Assembly (NCBI GenBank): GCA_964016885.1
Contig: OZ024764.1
Location: 4,960,001-5,024,000, forward strand
Origin: Eledone cirrhosa
Lineage: Eukaryota
Direction of reading: 5' to 3'
Length of the DNA: 64,000 bases
Shown here piece by piece: positions 62,404 to 64,000 of this stretch. Every line of letters starts with the position of its first letter. Position 1 is the stretch's first letter. The position numbers and the translations under genes are program-made. A model generated the notes under the pieces. It was not told the DNA's origin. It saw nothing but the letters and a program-made list of their open reading frames with translations, and made no database searches.

Positions 62404-64000
62404 TCATATATGCCAGTGTACTATTTGACATTTGGAGCCTAAAAATATCTCTCCAAAACCAGGGGTCGACTTGTCTGCTGAATATAGTATGTTACCTTTA
62501 CCACTGAGGGGTAAACAGTGAAACTGCCTGCCTAACACTTGTTGTACACCACTTACCATAACTCTAGCAACCCACCACATTTATTTCTACTGAATCTCAT
62601 ATTTGTTAAGTTTAACGTAGAGATTATAGTAATATCAATGTCTTGCTGTAGCTTATAGGGTAGGTTACTGTTGGGTAGGTTACTGTAGCGTAGGTTACCA
62701 TAGGGTAGGATAGTGTCTGGTAGGTTACCATAGGGTAGGTTACGATAGGGCAGGATACTGTAGGGTAAGTTACTGGAGGGTAGGTTACCATAGGGCAGGT
62801 TACTGTAGGGTAGGATACTGTCTGGTAGGTTACCATAGGGTAGGTTACTGTAGGGTAGGTTACTGTAGTGTAGGTTACTGTAGGGTAGGTTACTATAGGG
62901 TAGGTTACTGTAGGGTAGATTACTCTAGGCTAGGTTACCATAGGGTAGGTTACTGTAGTGTAGGTTACCATAGGGTAGGTTACCACAGAGTAGGTGACCA
63001 TAGGGTATGTTATTATAGGGTAGGTAACTGTAGGTTAGGTTACTGTAGGGTAGGTTACCTTATGGTAAGTTACTATAGGGTAGGTTACCATAGTGTAGGT
63101 TACCTTATGGTAAGTTACTATAGGGTAGGTTACCATAGGGTAGGTTACCTTATGGTAGGTTACTTTATGGTAAGTTACTATAGGGTAGGTTACCATAGGG
63201 TAGGTTACCTTATGGTAAGTTACTATAGGGTAGGTTACCATAGTGTAGGTTACCTTATGGTAAGTTACTATAGGGTAGGTTACCATAGGGTAGGTTACCT
63301 TAGTGTAGGTAAGAATAGGGTAGGTTACCATAGGTTAGGTTACTGTAGGGTAGGTTACCATAAGGTAGGTTACTGTAGGGTAGGTTACCATAGGGTAGGT
63401 TACTGTAGGGTAGGTTACCATAGGGTAGGTTACTGTAGGTAGGTTACCGTAGGTTAGGTTACTGTAGGGTAGGTTAACATAGGGTATGTTAGCATAGGGT
63501 TGGTTACCATAGGTTAAGTTCATATAGGTTGTTACCATATGGTAGGTTACTGTAGGGTAGGTTGCTATAGGGTAGGTTATCGTAGAGTAGGTTACCATAA
63601 GGTAGGTTACCGTAGGGTAGGTTACCTTAGGGTAGTTTACTATAAGATAGGTTACCATAGTGTAGCTTACCATAGGGTAGGTTGTTACCATAGGCAAGGT
63701 TACTATAGGGTGGGTTACCATAGGGTAGTTTATGATATGGTTGGTTACCATAGTGTAGGTTACTATAACATGTGTATAACAGGTTACCATAGTGTAGGAT
63801 ACCTTAGATTAGGTTACCACAGGATAGGTTACTGTAGGTTAGGTTACCATAGGTTAGGTTAGCAATGGGTAGGTTACTATAGGTTGTTACCATAAGGTAG
63901 GTTACTGTATGGTGGGTTACCATAGGGTAGGGTACCATAAAGTAGGTTATTATAGTGTAGGTTACCTTAGGATAGGTAACCATAGGGTAGGTTACTATGG
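62404..64000. mobile_element. TIR element with 15-bp minisatellite, copy 7 (runs off the window)
   Basis: Left terminus as in copy 3; the array continues to the window end. Confidence 0.75.

Overview
Eukaryotic, AT-rich, repeat-dominated DNA. The SINE and RTE repertoire and the (TA)n tracts resemble octopus/cephalopod genomes; this assignment is an inference from recognition and was not checked. Nearly all ORFs in the supplied track are artefacts of microsatellites, a 15-bp minisatellite or decayed RTE-clade LINEs. The window is a mosaic of recently duplicated 1-10 kb cassettes. Each cassette carries one short + strand exon absent from the ORF track as such: 13 microexons of 42,78,42,78,36,42,42,30,30,42,42,42,42 nt, each bounded by ...CAG and GTAAGT (one GTACGT). 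All lengths are multiples of 3, and only the phase 2-2 frame is stop-free in all 13. Spliced in order they give 588 nt of open frame encoding a Ser/Thr/Asn/Glu-rich repetitive peptide. The exons differ much more between copies than the introns around them, mostly by amino-acid-changing substitutions and in-frame indels. The best interpretation is the interior of a large gene with an expanding, diversifying array of symmetric microexons. The start, end and identity of the gene lie outside the window. The introns also contain a TIR DNA transposon carrying the minisatellite, two tRNA-derived SINE families, three kinds of long hairpins tied to the exons, a non-autonomous Helitron, a Helitron Rep fragment and a candidate degenerate hammerhead ribozyme. 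Transposon boundaries are approximate; exon boundaries were read base by base.
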